A DNA stretch of 64,000 nucleotides from assembly GCA_964016885.1 (NCBI GenBank), contig OZ024742.1:14136001-14200000 (forward strand), in the 5' to 3' direction. Below, piece after piece: positions 29,030 through 39,855 of the stretch (position 1 is the stretch's first letter; every line of letters begins with the position of its first letter). The notes beneath the pieces were generated by a model. It had not been told where the DNA came from and did no database searches. It worked only from the letters and a program-made list of their open reading frames with translations. The position numbers and the translations under genes were made by a program. This DNA comes from Eledone cirrhosa (lineage: Eukaryota).

Positions 29030-29345
29030 GTCCAGCAAAGCATGGATGAGCTGAGAGAGAGAAACTGAGTATAAAAGGAATCAAATGTAGAGTGTGCAAG
29101 AGAGAAAGGCTGCACTGGTATGGTCTTGTGATGTGTATTTGAGTTGAAAAATGCCAAGAGTTCCATGTGGGAAGAAGCTGCAGTAGAGGAAGACCAAGGA
29201 ACACCTAAGTAGAAGTGGTTAGAGTAGATCTCATAACAGAAAACCTGACAGAGAATATGATGAAGGAACACAAATGGGGGGAAGCTTTGCTGGAAGAGAT
29301 CCTCTAACTCATGCAAGCAGAGAAACACACAAACTGATGATGATA
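29030..29345 (+). mobile_element. Decayed RTE-like LINE 3' fragment
   Basis: Degenerate ELREKLSIKGIKC..HWYG..RGRPR translation resembling 59920-60369, ending in (GAT)n. Confidence 0.7.
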
Positions 29346-29400
29346 AAATAAGAATTTACAGAGACTTAGCTGCTCTTTCTCGTCATACAGTTACTTAGAG

Positions 29401-29655
29401 GTGAAGGCGTATGGTTTAGTGGTTAGCATTGGGCTTGCAATCGAAAGGTTGTGAGTTCAATTCTCGGACCGGGTGATGTGTTGTTTCCTTGAGCAAGGCA
29501 CTTTATTTCATGTTGCTCCAGTTTACTCAGCTGTAGAAATGAGATGATAGGACTGGGGGTCCCTATCATTAAATTACCCAAGACACCTCCAACAAGATAT
29601 ACCTTGGAGGAGGCCAGCTAAACCTGAATAGGGGTGAGCTGTAACAACAACAACA
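29401..29655 (+). mobile_element. tRNA-derived SINE with (CAA)n tail and 12-bp target-site duplication
   Basis: A box TGGTTTAGTGG, B box GAGTTCAATTC, central CCTTGAGCAAGGCACTT domain. TSD AGTTACTTAGAG at 29389-29400 and 29656-29667. Confidence 0.88.
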
Positions 29656-29755
29656 AGTTACTTAGAGCCTCCCTCTTTAACACTATTGTCTTTGTTGTGT
29701 ATTTTATTTTTCCTTTATCTTCACTTTCTTTCACTTTCTTTTCTCTACTTGGCAG

Positions 29756-29822
29756 GTGTTGTTGATGAGAATGCTGACTGGCTTGACGTCGTTAGACCTG
29801 TTATTGAGAAACGGATACAGAA
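29756..29822 (+). CDS. UCHL5: UCHL5 exon (VVDENADWLDVVRPVIEKRIQ-K)
   Basis: Long pyrimidine tract and GCAG acceptor, AA|GTATGT donor. Matches the DW...RPVIEKRIQKY motif. Confidence 0.93.
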
Positions 29823-30826
29823 GTATGTAATAGTTTTAATATTAATCTTACCTTCAAGGGTGGTGGAGGGTCTAATACAGAAGTATGTAATAGTTTTAGT
29901 ATTAATCTTACCTTCAAGGGTGGTGGAGGGTCTAATACAGAAGTATGTAATAGTTTTAGTATTAATCTTACCTTCAAGGGTAGTGGAGGGTCTAATACAG
30001 AAGTATGTAATAGTTTTAGTATTAATCTTACCTTCAAGGGTGGTGGAGGGTCTAATACAGAAGTATGTAATAGTTTTAATATTAATCTTACCTTCAAGGG
30101 TGGTGGAGGGTCTAATACAGAAGTATGTAATAGTTTTAATATTAATCTTACCTTCAAGGGTGGTGGAGGGTCTAATACAGAAGTATGTAATAGTTTTAAT
30201 ATTAGTCTTACCTTCAAGGGTGGTGGAGGGTCTAATACAGAAGTATGTAATAGTTTTAATATTAATCTTACCTTCAAGGGTGGTGGAGGGTCTAATACAG
30301 AAGTATGTAATAGTTTTAGTATTAATCTTACCTTCAAGGGTAGTGGAGGGTCTAATACAGAAGTATGTAATAGTTTTAGTATTAATCTTACCTTCAAGGG
30401 TGGTGGAGGGTCTAATACAGAAGTATGTAATAGTTTTAATATTAATCTTACCTTCAAGGGTGGTGGAGGGTCTAATACAGAAGTATGTAATAGTTTTAAT
30501 ATTAATCTTACCTTCAAGGGTGGTGGAGGGTCTAATACAGAAGTATGTAATAGTTTTAATATTAGTCTTACCTTCAAGGGTGGTGGAGGGTCTAATACAG
30601 AAGTATGTAATAGTTTTAATATTAATCTTACCTTCAAGGGTGGTGGAGGGTCTAATACAGAAGTATGTAATAGTTTTAATATTAATCTTACCTTCAAGGG
30701 TGGTGGAGGGTCTAATACAGAAGTATGTAATAGTTTTAATATTAGTCTTACCTTCAAGGGTGGTGGAGGGTCTAATACAGAAGTATGTAATAGTTTTAAT
30801 ATTAATCTTACATTTAAGGGTGGTGG
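29815..30826 (+). repeat. 60-bp minisatellite, 17 near-identical units, starting at the UCHL5 exon end
   Basis: Consecutive 60-nt lines are nearly identical from 29821 to 30781. Confidence 0.98.
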
Positions 30827-31203
30827 ATTGATAGAATTGGTGGAGCATCTGATAAAATGCCATTGTGGTATTTGTTCTGTATATTCTGATGCCAAACTGC
30901 TGCTTTGGTAGACATCTGGTGCCAAACTCTCTTACTGCTGAGGTAGACTTCTGGTGCCAGACTTTCCTGTTGAGGTAGACATCTGGTGCCAGACTTTCCT
31001 TACCTAGTAGTACTACATCCCATATCCTATGTAATATTTTCATTTCACGCCACTAGTTGTCATTGTTACAACTATATTTCTCATATCCCACTCCATTCCC
31101 AACTCTTATATTTTTCCCACTTTATTCCCAACTCTCATTATATTTCAGTTGTTTTCACTGTAACATAATATATGATTGTTTTCTCTTTATCTTCTACATC
31201 CAG

Positions 31204-31291
31204 GTACCACAATGATGAAATCCACTTTAATTTAATGGCCATTGTCTCAGATCGGAAAATGTTATATGAACGCAAGATGAAAGATTTTGAG
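31204..31291 (+). CDS. UCHL5: UCHL5 exon (YHNDEIHFNLMAIVSDRKMLYERKMKDFE)
   Basis: CCAG acceptor, GAG|GTTTGT donor. Matches the EI.FNLMAIVSDRKM motif. Confidence 0.95.
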
Positions 31292-31489
31292 GTTTGTCCA
31301 ACTGTAATTCTTCATTGTTGTAAATCCATTCTTTGCACTGGCAAAGATTGGATGGGTAACTCTCTATCTATGTATATGTAGTAAACATTGGCTTTATCAG
31401 TATCTACCTATAAAGTGATGGGTGAACTAACTGACACAGCTTAAAGTATAGCGGTTCCTCAGAACCTGTTGAGTACCTGACAATGTTTC

Positions 31490-31775
31490 TAGTGCTGGTG
31501 CTATAACAAAATATACCCAGTACACTCTGTAGTGGTAGTGCTGGTACAACAATAAAATATGTGGTAGTGCTGGTGCTATAATAAAATACACCCAGTACAC
31601 TCTGTAGTGGTAGTGCTGGTGCTATAATAAAATACACCCAGTACACTCTGTAGTGGCAGTGCTGGTGCTATAATAAAATACACCCAGTACACTCTGTAGT
31701 GGTAGTGTTGGTACAACAATAAAATACACCCAGTAGACTCTGCAAGATGGTTAACATTAGACAGGGCGTCCAGTT
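31490..31775 (+). repeat. Degenerate ~46-bp tandem repeat related to the LINE/SINE tail (AAAATACACCCAGTACACTCTGTAGTGG)
   Basis: About 5 units, followed by a GGTTAACATTAG..GGGCGTCCAG tail-like motif. Confidence 0.7.
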
Positions 31776-31863
31776 ATGGTATATATAACTGTAGTTGTAC
31801 ATGTATATATGTATTTATGCTAAAAGGTGTATAATTTCTATATCACCTGTTTACTTTTTGCAG

Positions 31864-31956
31864 AGCTCTTCCATGGAAACTGATGATATCGGTAGTGAGA
31901 TAAGCAGACTCCAGATCTTGATACAAGAAGAGGAACAAAAGATGGCACGTTATAAA
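31864..31956 (+). CDS. UCHL5: UCHL5 exon (SSSMETDDIGSEISRLQILIQEEEQKMARYK)
   Basis: TTTTTGCAG acceptor, AAA|GTAAAT donor, phase 0-0. Encodes the coiled-coil start of the ULD domain. Confidence 0.9.
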
Positions 31957-32082
31957 GTAAATATCTTTTACTTTCTTTATTATTTTTATTTTTATATATG
32001 TGTGTATGTGTATATATATAAAAATGTGTGGTTGTGTATATATATATATATTGTGTTCTATTATTTCATTTGAAATAATAAA

Positions 32083-32274
32083 TAATTGTTTCTACTTTAG
32101 GCACAAGGCCAGCAATTACCCAGTACATTACTGGTTCTTTATTTTTCCGACCCCGTAAGGATGAAAGGCAAAGTTGACTTCAGCGGGATTTGAACTCAGA
32201 ATGGAAAGGGCCGTAACTCTATGCGTCAAAGCATGACGTCCGACCCTCTACCGATACTGCCTATCCACTGCCCT
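32083..32274 (-). mobile_element. tRNA-related SINE (Nin/Deu-domain-like core GCCTTTCATCCTT.CGGGGTCG.AAA)
   Basis: B box CTGAGTTCAAATC on the minus strand. Homologous to 32388-32582 and 36540-36700. Confidence 0.8.
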
Positions 32275-32387
32275 TTGAAATAATAAATATTGATATTAAT
32301 AGTAATAAGGAGTAATAAATAAACATATTGATGTTATATTGATACCTCGCATTCCTACTCATTGTTATTATTAACACTCTACACTCT

Positions 32388-32582
32388 AGGGTGGTGGACT
32401 GGCAGTATCAGTAGAGTGTCGCACGCCATGCTTTGCAGCATAGAGTTACGGCCCTTTATGATCTGAGTTCAAATCCTGCCAAGGTTTACATTGCCTTTCA
32501 TCCTTACGGAGTCGATAAAATAAAGTACCAGTAATGCACTGGGATAATTGCTGGCCTTGTGCCAAATGTAGAAACAATTATT
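32388..32582 (+). mobile_element. tRNA-related SINE of the same family, opposite orientation
   Basis: B box GAGTTCAAATCC, core GCCTTTCATCCTTACGGAGTCGATAAAATAAAGTACCAG. Confidence 0.8.
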
Positions 32583-32691
32583 ATATGTGTATGTATGTGT
32601 GTGTATATATATATATTTATCTTGAGATATTTTGAATTTCTGTCACTTAGAAGATTCTGTGTAAATGTATCCATTGCTGTTATCTTTACAG

Positions 32692-32790
32692 ATTGAAAAC
32701 ATCCGTCGCAAACATAATTACTTGCCATTTATTGTTGAACTGCTGAAGTGTTTGGCCAAAGAGGAGAAACTAGTACCTCTGGTAGAGAAG
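32692..32790 (+). CDS. UCHL5: UCHL5 exon, ULD domain ([33 protein letters not shown])
   Basis: TTTACAG acceptor, AAG|GTAATC donor. Contains the hallmark [13 protein letters not shown] motif. Confidence 0.96.
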
Positions 32791-33309
32791 GTAATCTCTC
32801 ACTACACTTTATTTCTACTCATAGTAATACTATATATGTTTGTCTGTGTGACTGTAGGAGACAGTGAAAGTATGCTTGTATGTTGTATGTGTGTGTATGT
32901 GTGTCTGTGTGACTAAGAGACAATGTAAGTATGTTTGTATGTGTGTATGTGTGTCTGTAAGAGACAGTGTAAGTATGTTTGTCTGTGTATGTTGTATGTG
33001 TGTCTGTGACTGTAAGAGACTGTAAGTATGTGTGTCTGTGACTATAAGTATATGTGTCTGTGACTGTAAGAGACTAAGTATGTGTGTCTGTGACTATAAG
33101 AGACTAAGTATGTGTGTCTGTGTATGTTGTTATGTATGTGTGTGACTGTAAGAGACTGTAAGTATGTGTGTCTGTGTATGTTATGTATGTGTGTGACTGT
33201 AAGAGACTAAGTATGTGTGTCTGTATATGTATAATGGACTTCTGTTTTACATATTTTTCATCATATTCATTATTTAACTTTTAAATCACTCTTAAATTTA
33301 TTATAACAT

Positions 33310-33545
33310 CATTGTCATCATCATCATCATCATCAACGTTTTTACATATATTTGTTCACGCATGGGTTGGGTGGGTCCTTCTCAACACACCACTCAATGT
33401 GTTCCTTGATATCCTCTGAGTCTCAGTGATTTGAGGTCAGCTCTCCCCACCTCAAATCTTTCTTGGTCTACCTCTACTGTGGCTTCCATCGACTGGGATT
33501 TCCTGACATGTCTTCACCCATCATCATCCATGCACATCACATGCC
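33310..33545 (-). mobile_element. Decayed RTE-like LINE 3' fragment
   Basis: Minus strand reads ..VDGSHSRGRPRK.. and ends in (GAT)n. Confidence 0.6.
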
Positions 33546-33639
33546 TTTGAGAGGTGTAATTGTGCAAAGTCAGCTTTTATAATAATAATTGATGCCCTTT
33601 CCTCATATTTATCTGTCAATCTCTCCCTGTTTTGTTTAG

Positions 33640-33681
33640 GCCAAAGAAAAAGCTGCAAAGAAGAAGGAAGTGAAAGCTTGA
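33640..33681 (+). CDS. UCHL5: UCHL5 terminal coding exon (AKEKAAKKKEVKA*)
   Basis: TTTGTTTAG acceptor, in frame with the previous exon, TGA at 33679-33681. Lys/Glu-rich tail as in UCHL5 orthologues. Confidence 0.88.
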   Translation, partial: AKEKAAKKKEVKA

Positions 33682-34576
33682 TAATACCTGTTCTCTATCT
33701 CTTGCTTTATCCACTCACCTGTTGGTGTTCATTAGTAAAAGGTAAGCTCTCTCAACAATCCAGTCTGCTTGATGAACACTGAGCTGTTGCTACTAATGTT
33801 TCTGGTATTTCTAGTGGTTGGTTGTTGCTTATCCTCCACCTCCTCCTAACCACACCAGCCTCCACCTCCTCCTCTTCCTAACCACACCAGCCTCCACCTC
33901 CTCCTAACCACACCAGTCTACTCAACCTCAATTGTGTAAACAGACCTATGATGAGAGCTACTCCAGCTGGGACCAGCCCAGTATATTTTCAGACTATATA
34001 TCTTCAACTACATTATCCAACCTTCTATAACTTTGCAATATATTTTTATTGACTTAGAAAGTTAATGTCACTAATTAATGTTATTTAATGGAACTCATTA
34101 TTTAGCCAAAAAATATTATTATATTAATAGGTGAACAGAGTGAAATAGTCAGCAGTGGCTTTGTGTTATAGTAATAGGTAACTTGTTCTACATATGTACA
34201 TACTTATATATGTATATATACACACTAAAACCATGATAGTAATGGGGAAACTGTTCTTGTAAATATCATCATCGTTTAATGTCCATTTTCCACGTTAGTA
34301 TGGGTATGACTCCACATAAGTACTGGCTAAGTATGGGATAACATGTCCAACCGTTGTTAGCAGGGAAAACATGTTAAATGATGATGATGATGATAACTAA
34401 TATTTTATATAAAATGTTATTGTTATATACTTATCTTCAATGTAGTATTACTATCTCTTTCTCTCCCTTTCTAGGGCTGTGTCTTGTTCTTTATGACCAC
34501 ATCCAACGATGCTGTTCTTCGTCTACTGTATATGTTTACCATTTTCAACACCAAATATCTGATGTTTTCATATATC

Positions 34577-34582
34577 AATAAA
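34577..34582 (+). promoter_or_regulatory. Candidate polyadenylation signal AATAAA for UCHL5
   Basis: AATAAA ~900 bp after the stop, followed by T-rich sequence. Not verified. Confidence 0.35.
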
Positions 34583-34889
34583 CATTTGACAATATTATTC
34601 AATAATTCTTTCTTTATTTCAAAATATATATAATATCTATAGAAACTATGTAATATGAGAGCTACAGCTTGATAACATCTGTCTGCCCCCATTAGGTGGC
34701 TATTGTGGTATGCTTGAGTAAGTTTGTGAGTCAGAGATTGATTTGTTGAATTTGGAGGGTGAGTACAGTTTGGTTTGGTAAGAGTCATGGGTACAAGTTG
34801 GCGTATGGTTTAGGGTGTTTGCTGAAGGTTAGTAGACTAATTGGAGCAATAACTGTCTTATTTACGCATATATATATGCGTAAATAAGT

Positions 34890-35090
34890 TGACATTGTAC
34901 TCAGTGCTCCTGTGGGAACCCCTACATGGACACACTGGAAGAGGAAGACCAAGGTTAACATATGTTGATGCCCTAAGGACAGACACTGGTCTGTTGGAGA
35001 CGCAGGACATGGCAGCGATAATGATGGACAGAGACCACTGGAGAGAACTCGTCCATGGATATCTCAGGAATTTTACCCGCCCTAGAAAAT
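34890..35090 (+). mobile_element. RTE-like LINE 3' fragment; second shorter copy at ~35450-35590
   Basis: LLWEPLHGHTGRGRPRLTYVD...MMDRDHW is a typical RTE C-terminus. Confidence 0.75.
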
Positions 35091-35831
35091 AGAATATATA
35101 TATATAGGAACAAGTATGACCCCGACGGCAGAGCTGAAGCCGTTTTGACAGCTATTTCTGGACAGGTAGTTTGTTCCATGCTTGACTATTTATGGTCCAT
35201 CTGGTTCCTTACCACAATTCCTTCGTCATTTATATATATATATATATATACCTACATATATCAGGATAGATTCAGTTTGAAACTGGTTAGACCATTACTC
35301 AACAGAGTACCCGATACTTGGAGTAGTAGAGTATGGTTATATTATAAAGTGTCAGGACCCCGATGGCTGAGCTCTTGCTGTTTCAACAGTTCCAGACAGG
35401 AACTAGCTGTTGAAATGGCAACTCTTTAAAATATATATATATATGAAAGGAAGACCAAGGTTAACGTATGTTGATGCCCTAAGGACAGACACTGGTCTGT
35501 TGGAGACGCAGGACATGGCAGCAATAATGAGGGACAGAGACCGCTGGAGAGAACACGTCCATGGATCTCGGGAATTTTACCCGCCTTAGAGATAGATAGA
35601 TATATGAAAAAATTCAGGACCCTGACTGCTGACCTCCGACTGTTTCAACAGCTGGAACTGAACTGAAGTGGCAGGAATATAGCTGGTCTCCTTATAATCC
35701 ATATATGGGCAGACGGTCTATGCATAAATAATCTTTAACATTCCCTTGTTTTGGGGTTTTTTTCGGGGAGTGGTCAGTATTAAGTACCCTGGTAAGTAAT
35801 GGTCTAACTGGTTTTTACCGCCTCCATTCTG

Positions 35832-35865
<34 letters not shown>

Positions 35866-36539
35866 TGAACAATGAAAATATAACCATTGAAGATAGGTTC
35901 TTAATCAGTTCATTGTTTTACGATCGTTTCAATGGAACCTCATACTATGAGAGCCTACTACAAAAACAATTGCCTCAATACATAATCTTGTTGAAATAAT
36001 CTCTTCCAGACTCCATTGAGTTCTAACATTATCGACCCCCACTGTAAAGTGGTCGTGATGGTAACACAACAAAAAGCACCTAGTACTCACTGTAAATGAG
36101 GTTGGCGTTAGGAAGAGTGTCCAGGCCAAAATCAGTTCTGTGTGAGCAAGACATGGTCATCTGATCTGGCTTGTTTCACAATGGGATAACTCATCTAGCT
36201 AATGTGGAAAATGGATGTTATACAGTAATGATGATATATATGAAAGCCTATGTAATTTGTCTATATATATATGTAACTGTGATCATATCACAGCTACCTC
36301 AGTAGTCCACAACTTAAAACACCTATAGCAAGACTTATAATACATACAAAACATATTGTATATGTATTCAAATAGTCCTTTATTATAAATAATATTTAGT
36401 GCTACTGGTATCTGAAATGTTCCTACTTTAAAGTGTTTCATACTTAAAAATATTAAATTCTCTCACATTATTTATAACTACACATGTATTAACTTAGAAA
36501 ATTATAAATTAAACATTGAATTTTTGTTTTTAATATAAA

Positions 36540-36700
36540 CATTGTTTCTACTTTCGGCACAAGGCCAGCAATTACCCAGTGCATGACTGGTACTTTATTT
36601 TATCGATCCCCGTAAGGATAAAAGGCAAAGTTAACCTCGGTGAGATTTGAACTCAGAATGTAAAGGGCCGTAATTCTATGCGTCAAAGCGTGGCGTCCTG
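36540..36700 (-). mobile_element. Truncated SINE of the 32083-32274 family; a further fragment lies at ~38770-38880
   Basis: Direct sequence similarity within the window. Confidence 0.75.
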
Positions 36701-37440
36701 AAAATTATTGTCCAGGGCTCAAGTTCACCACAACTGATCAAAGGTGCATGTATAGTACATAGAATAATGTACAAAAGTTGGGAAAGTGAACATGATATAC
36801 AGACGTCTGTATGGAGGGGGAATGTCAGGTGTAGTGTTGGCAGTTTTGAAGGATGCAGTGTCCCAACAGCTAACCTATACAAGTAGTTTGTTCCATGCTT
36901 GACATTTATTGAATAACTAAAGGTGACAGTTTTACAATCCACCACTAATTTGCGTACTTAGCCGCTTCCTTCAACATTCATTGCCTGTCGACAACCCCCA
37001 ACCTCCCTCTGTAGGACCTCCCACTGCTCACTTTAAGAAAATCTCATGTAGAAAAGCAGGGGGGACAACTCAAGATTTCAGTATAGTAAGGTTTTGAAGA
37101 TCTTAAATTGTCTCCCCTGCTTCACATTCAGTCATTCATCTTCGGTGAACAAAATCTTGGTCAGAAGTTAGTTATATCAGATGGTGTCCAGTGTTCATTA
37201 GATGTTTCGATCCTTAACCGTAACAGCACCTTCATTGGTGGCCAAATTACTGCCCATCTTCTCCAGGTTTCCAATTTATTTCCTCTCTCCAGCTCCATAA
37301 TAAACAAGGGTGAGACCCTTTCTACTGCCACCCACATCCTGTGAGCTACTTCCTTCTCTTTGTGCGTTGAAAGGAAAGATTAATCTTGATCTTTGGCAAA
37401 TAGGGCAACAACTGCGTAGATGTTTCTCTCTTATTAAACC

Positions 37441-38630
37441 TCACCAGCAAAACGTAATTTTGAGGTTGATGACCAGGTCCGTAGTCAGAAATTATTATAC
37501 GTCTGTAATTTGATACAGACAAGTGGGTGTGACATGATAATAAAATGGCCCAATGACGCCATCTGCATGGAAAATAATTTGTAAAGTACTAATGCAATGT
37601 GGTGAACAAGGGAATTGTACTGAGTCAGGTCATGTAATGTTACAAAGTCAGGTATCTCACCTGACTTGGTAACATCACACAATAGGTCTTTGTTTTTTTT
37701 TAATTTATAATGTTTACAAAACTTAGATTTACTAAGGCAGGGAGGACAACTCCAGATCAAAACAAACAAAAACAAAAATGAAAATATATTGACTATATCA
37801 AAATCTCATGACCAAAAGAGAGGCTATGTGGTAGCTCCACCTGCTAGAAATAACAGCCAAATGTTACTCATCACATACCATCCTTAACCCTTTAGAATTT
37901 ACATTACTCTATATATACTATTATATTTTCACGGTGAAGGCTTTACCTTATATAATATCAAATCTATGAGATTTTGATATTATTTATTTTGAGAACAATA
38001 CTTTAATATCAGTATGAGTGGCCGGTTACAGCTAGTTAGAACAAAAAGAGGTGAGAGAATTCTGGCCGGATATGGCCGGTTTAAATGCTAAAGGGTTAAA
38101 ATGGAAGGGAATTTTAGATAATGAGAGAAATAAAATGATAATCCTGAAACCACCCAGATATACAGGGTTGTTAAGAATCCACATCACATTAGTTTTTGTC
38201 AGATCTTTGGAGTTTATTAGGTAGCCCCAGTTTTACTTTAAAGTTGATGTCTTCACTACACAAAAACCTTTACTAATGTTGAGGCACATATGATGTGCAG
38301 AATTTGAACTCGAAATGTAAAAAGCCCCTGGAGCCCTTATTCACCAGCAAAATGTAATTTTAAGTATGATTACCAGGTATGTAGTCAAAAATTATTATAT
38401 GTCTGTAATTTGATACAGACAAGTAGGTGTGACATAATAAAATAACCCAATGATCCCATCATCATGGAAAATAATTTGTAAAGTACTAACACAATGTGGT
38501 GAACAAGGGAATTGTACTAAGTCAGGTCATGTAATGTTACAAAGTCAGGCATCTCATCTGACTTGGTAACATCACACGATAGGTCTATGTTTTTTAGCAT
38601 GTTTCCCTTTTTTTAAACATATAATGTGCA
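37441..38630 (+). repeat. ~270-bp dispersed direct repeat (37441-37720 and 38341-38630)
   Basis: Alignable copies 900 bp apart, each containing small internal hairpins. Confidence 0.85.
37888..38095. mobile_element. piggyBac-type MITE, 208 bp
   Basis: TTAA|CCCTTTAGAATTTA ... TAAATGCTAAAGGG|TTAA: TIRs with a TTAA target duplication. Confidence 0.85.
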
Positions 38631-38889
38631 AAACTTGAACTCAGAATGTAAAGAGCCACTGAAACCATATGATAGGACATCACACCTGACTTTATAATAT
38701 CGTACAATATGTGTTTAGAGAGGCCTAAGTATATATTACAATGGCATTTTGGTTCAAATTCATAATATTGATTTCAAAATTAGGTACAAGGCCAGCAAAT
38801 TTTAGGGAAAGAGTAAAGTTGATTAAATTACCCCCAGTATTTGACTGGTACTTTATTTTATTGACCCTGGAAGGATGAAACATTGTTGT

Positions 38890-39105
38890 GATGTCTTAAC
38901 TTCAAGTGTTGTTGGAGGAACTGCAGACTGGAGTAGTGTACCATCTTCGATCCATCTACACCACAAGCCTGGACTTGGAATGTTGTGCAGTTCTAACTGC
39001 TCCATTCCATGATGTTATCCACCCATTTTCCCATATCATGTCCTTGCCTTCTTTTCCCTAGAACTGTTCCATAGGGAATGGTCTTGATCAATCCATGGAG
39101 AATTT
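38890..39105 (-). mobile_element. Decayed RTE-like LINE 3' fragment
   Basis: Minus strand reads KTIPYGTVLGKRRQG...WVDNIMEWS. Confidence 0.6.
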
Positions 39106-39262
39106 ATAGAGATTGGAAATGGAAAAATCATGATATTGATATCTTTCTGGGGGAAGTTGGTGATATAAAGAGAATGAAACTGAAGCTAATGAAGTTTTCT
39201 ACGTTTGAATTATATTTTAAGTTGACAGTAACAACATAAGAAAACAAGTTAAAAAACAGTGA

Positions 39263-39855
39263 GATCATCATCATCATCATTATCACCATTTAACGTCCAT
39301 TTTTCACACAAGCATGGGTTAGACAAGTTGTCCTGTTGTGAGACAAGCCAGATTAAATGTCCCTGTCTTGCTGATACACAACTGATTTGGGCTTGGTTTC
39401 TATGGCTGGATGCCTTTCCTAATGCCAACAACATTTATAGTGAGTGCTGGGTGATTTTTTGATGTGTCAACATCACGACCACTTTACATTGTGGGCTGGG
39501 TGCTTTTTGTTGTGATACCTACACAACCTCTTTACATTGTGGGCTGGGTGCTTTTTGTTGTGATACCTACACAACCTCTTTACATTGTGGGCTGGGTGCT
39601 TTTTGTTGTGATACCTACACAACCTCTTTACATTGTGGGCTGGGTGCTTTTTGTTGTGATACCTACACAACCTCTTTACATTGTGGGCTGGGTGCTTTTT
39701 GTTGTGATACCTACACAACCTCTTTACATTGTGGGCTGGGTGCTTTTTGTTGTGACACCTACAAGACCACGTTACAGTGTGGACTGGGTGTTTTTCGTTG
39801 TGACACCTACACAAGCATTTTACAGTTTGAGCTGGATGCTTTTTGTTGTCATCAA
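39263..39855 (-). repeat. LINE/SINE 3' tail with an internal 48-bp unit amplified ~8-9 times
   Basis: (CAT)n tail at 39263, several identical 48-bp units, homologous to 58574-58800. Confidence 0.85.

Noticed and set aside
29410-29475. tRNA gene (also 56790-56855)
   Set aside because: A and B boxes are present, but there is no proper cloverleaf and the sequence continues into a SINE body and tail.
29745-31043. 432-aa and 374-aa minus-strand ORFs
   Set aside because: These are antisense frames of the 60-bp minisatellite.
27666-33681. BAP1/calypso rather than UCHL5
   Set aside because: There is no long insert between the catalytic and ULD domains, and SNSDVIRQVHNSF, QQMFEFD and [10 protein letters not shown] match UCHL5.
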